Made by a program: the position numbers and the translations under genes. Below the pieces are notes generated by a model, which was not told the DNA's origin, made no database searches, and worked only from the letters and a program-made list of their open reading frames with translations. From a virus (taxonomy: Duplodnaviria; Caudoviricetes), in IMG/VR virus record IMGVR_UViG_3300012953_000083, positions 1 to 36,696 of that record: a stretch of DNA of 36,696 bases; one strand, written 5' to 3'. Below are positions 36,041 through 36,696 of the stretch, piece after piece (the first letter of the stretch is position 1; each line of letters begins with the position of its first letter).

Positions 36041-36345
36041 TAGAATTGCTGTATTACATATCCTCCGCAATCAGTTTCTAAAACTGTGGTCACATCTTTT
36101 ATGCTCTCCAATGTTGAATAAATTGTGCTTGTTCCATTGATTGAATAATCAGCAATCAATTCATCAACATTTTTATATTCCGCATAATCACAACAAATGG
36201 CAATCACATCTAATTCTAAATTTTCCAATTCAGACAAATGCTCGTACAAAGCTTTCAACCCTTCTCTTGAAAAGTTGTTGGCATATTGTCCTGAGTTTCC
36301 AAATTCATTAATGAATTGATTTTCGTTTAAAGTTTTATAAATCAT
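36040..36345 (-). CDS. First early gene; acidic hypothetical protein
   Basis: FSREGLKALY..L..LELDVIAICCDYAEY; AGGAG SD. Confidence 0.75.
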   Translation of the reverse strand: MIYKTLNENQFINEFGNSGQYANNFSREGLKALYEHLSELENLELDVIAICCDYAEYKNVDELIADYSINGTSTIYSTLESIKDVTTVLETDCGGYVIQQF

Positions 36346-36396
36346 TTTTTTTCTCCTGCCGTTTGGCGTTTGTTAATGTCTATATGTGCATTTAAT

Positions 36397-36415
36397 ATTA
36401 TCTGTCCTAGATAAT
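36397..36415. promoter_or_regulatory. Palindromic operator-like site in the putative early promoter
   Basis: ATTATCT-GTCCT-AGATAAT; 16/19 match to the reverse complement of 34451-34469; minus-strand TTGATT overlaps its edge. Confidence 0.55.
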
Positions 36416-36544
36416 CAACCCCTATAATGAAAATAATTTTTATCAAAATGCTATTAAATGCCGGAAAACTATATATAATGGGGGTTACAGCCTGAAAAAA
36501 AAGTTTAAAATAAATTTCAATTAGTGACATAAAAGCAACTATTA

Positions 36545-36696
36545 ATGACTGAAAAAGATAAAAAAGAACCTAAAAAAGCAGGTAGAAAAGCAATAAATAT
36601 TGATCTTGATGAGGTCCGGAGACTTGCCGGACTGGGACTGTCAGAACGCCAAATCGCTGTTCAACTGGGCGTTTCATGGTCAACGCTTCACAGAAA
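36545..36696 (+). CDS. terS: Terminase small subunit, N-terminal HTH (partial)
   Basis: MTEKDKKEPKKAGRKAINIDLDEVRRLAGLGLSERQIAVQLGVSWSTLHR; runs off the end; would precede terL on a circular map. Confidence 0.75.
   Translation, partial: MTEKDKKEPKKAGRKAINIDLDEVRRLAGLGLSERQIAVQLGVSWSTLHR

Noticed and set aside
36346-36400. Hammerhead upstream of the first early gene
   Set aside because: Only the AUAGAC leader is present; no core or complementary GUCUAU upstream
36342-36530. 62-aa minus-strand ORF
   Set aside because: Spans the promoter, operator and conserved leader of the early operon; likely spurious

Overview
Near-complete, AT-rich temperate tailed-phage genome with podovirus-like organisation, resembling marine phages. 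It is opened inside the probable terminase small subunit: the N-terminus is at 36545-36696 and the likely C-terminus at 1-72. The + strand (279-22711) carries terminase, portal, basic peptides, holin and M15 endolysin, scaffold, major capsid, tail and ejection proteins, a Coq4-like accessory gene and a PD-(D/E)XK nuclease. A - strand integration module follows (tyrosine integrase, paired arm-like repeats, complete tRNA-Lys(UUU)). Next is a + strand recombination/replication module (Xis-like HTH, Cas4-like exonuclease, Sak4-like ATPase, SSB, primase-helicase, iteron-like origin), then a - strand early/leading operon (31131-36345) of small ORFs plus ArdC. The main finding is three type I hammerhead ribozymes (33753-33826, 34997-35051, 35991-36040) in gene junctions of the early operon. 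Each is followed by a conserved leader (WUAGAC..AAACGC(C)-loop-(G)GC-AGGAG-AUG), which also heads the operon's first gene without a ribozyme. The two ribozymes flanking ardC have identical stem I sequences, so the excised 994-nt ardC RNA could in principle self-ligate into a circle. All protein assignments are from motif recognition by eye; no searches were run.
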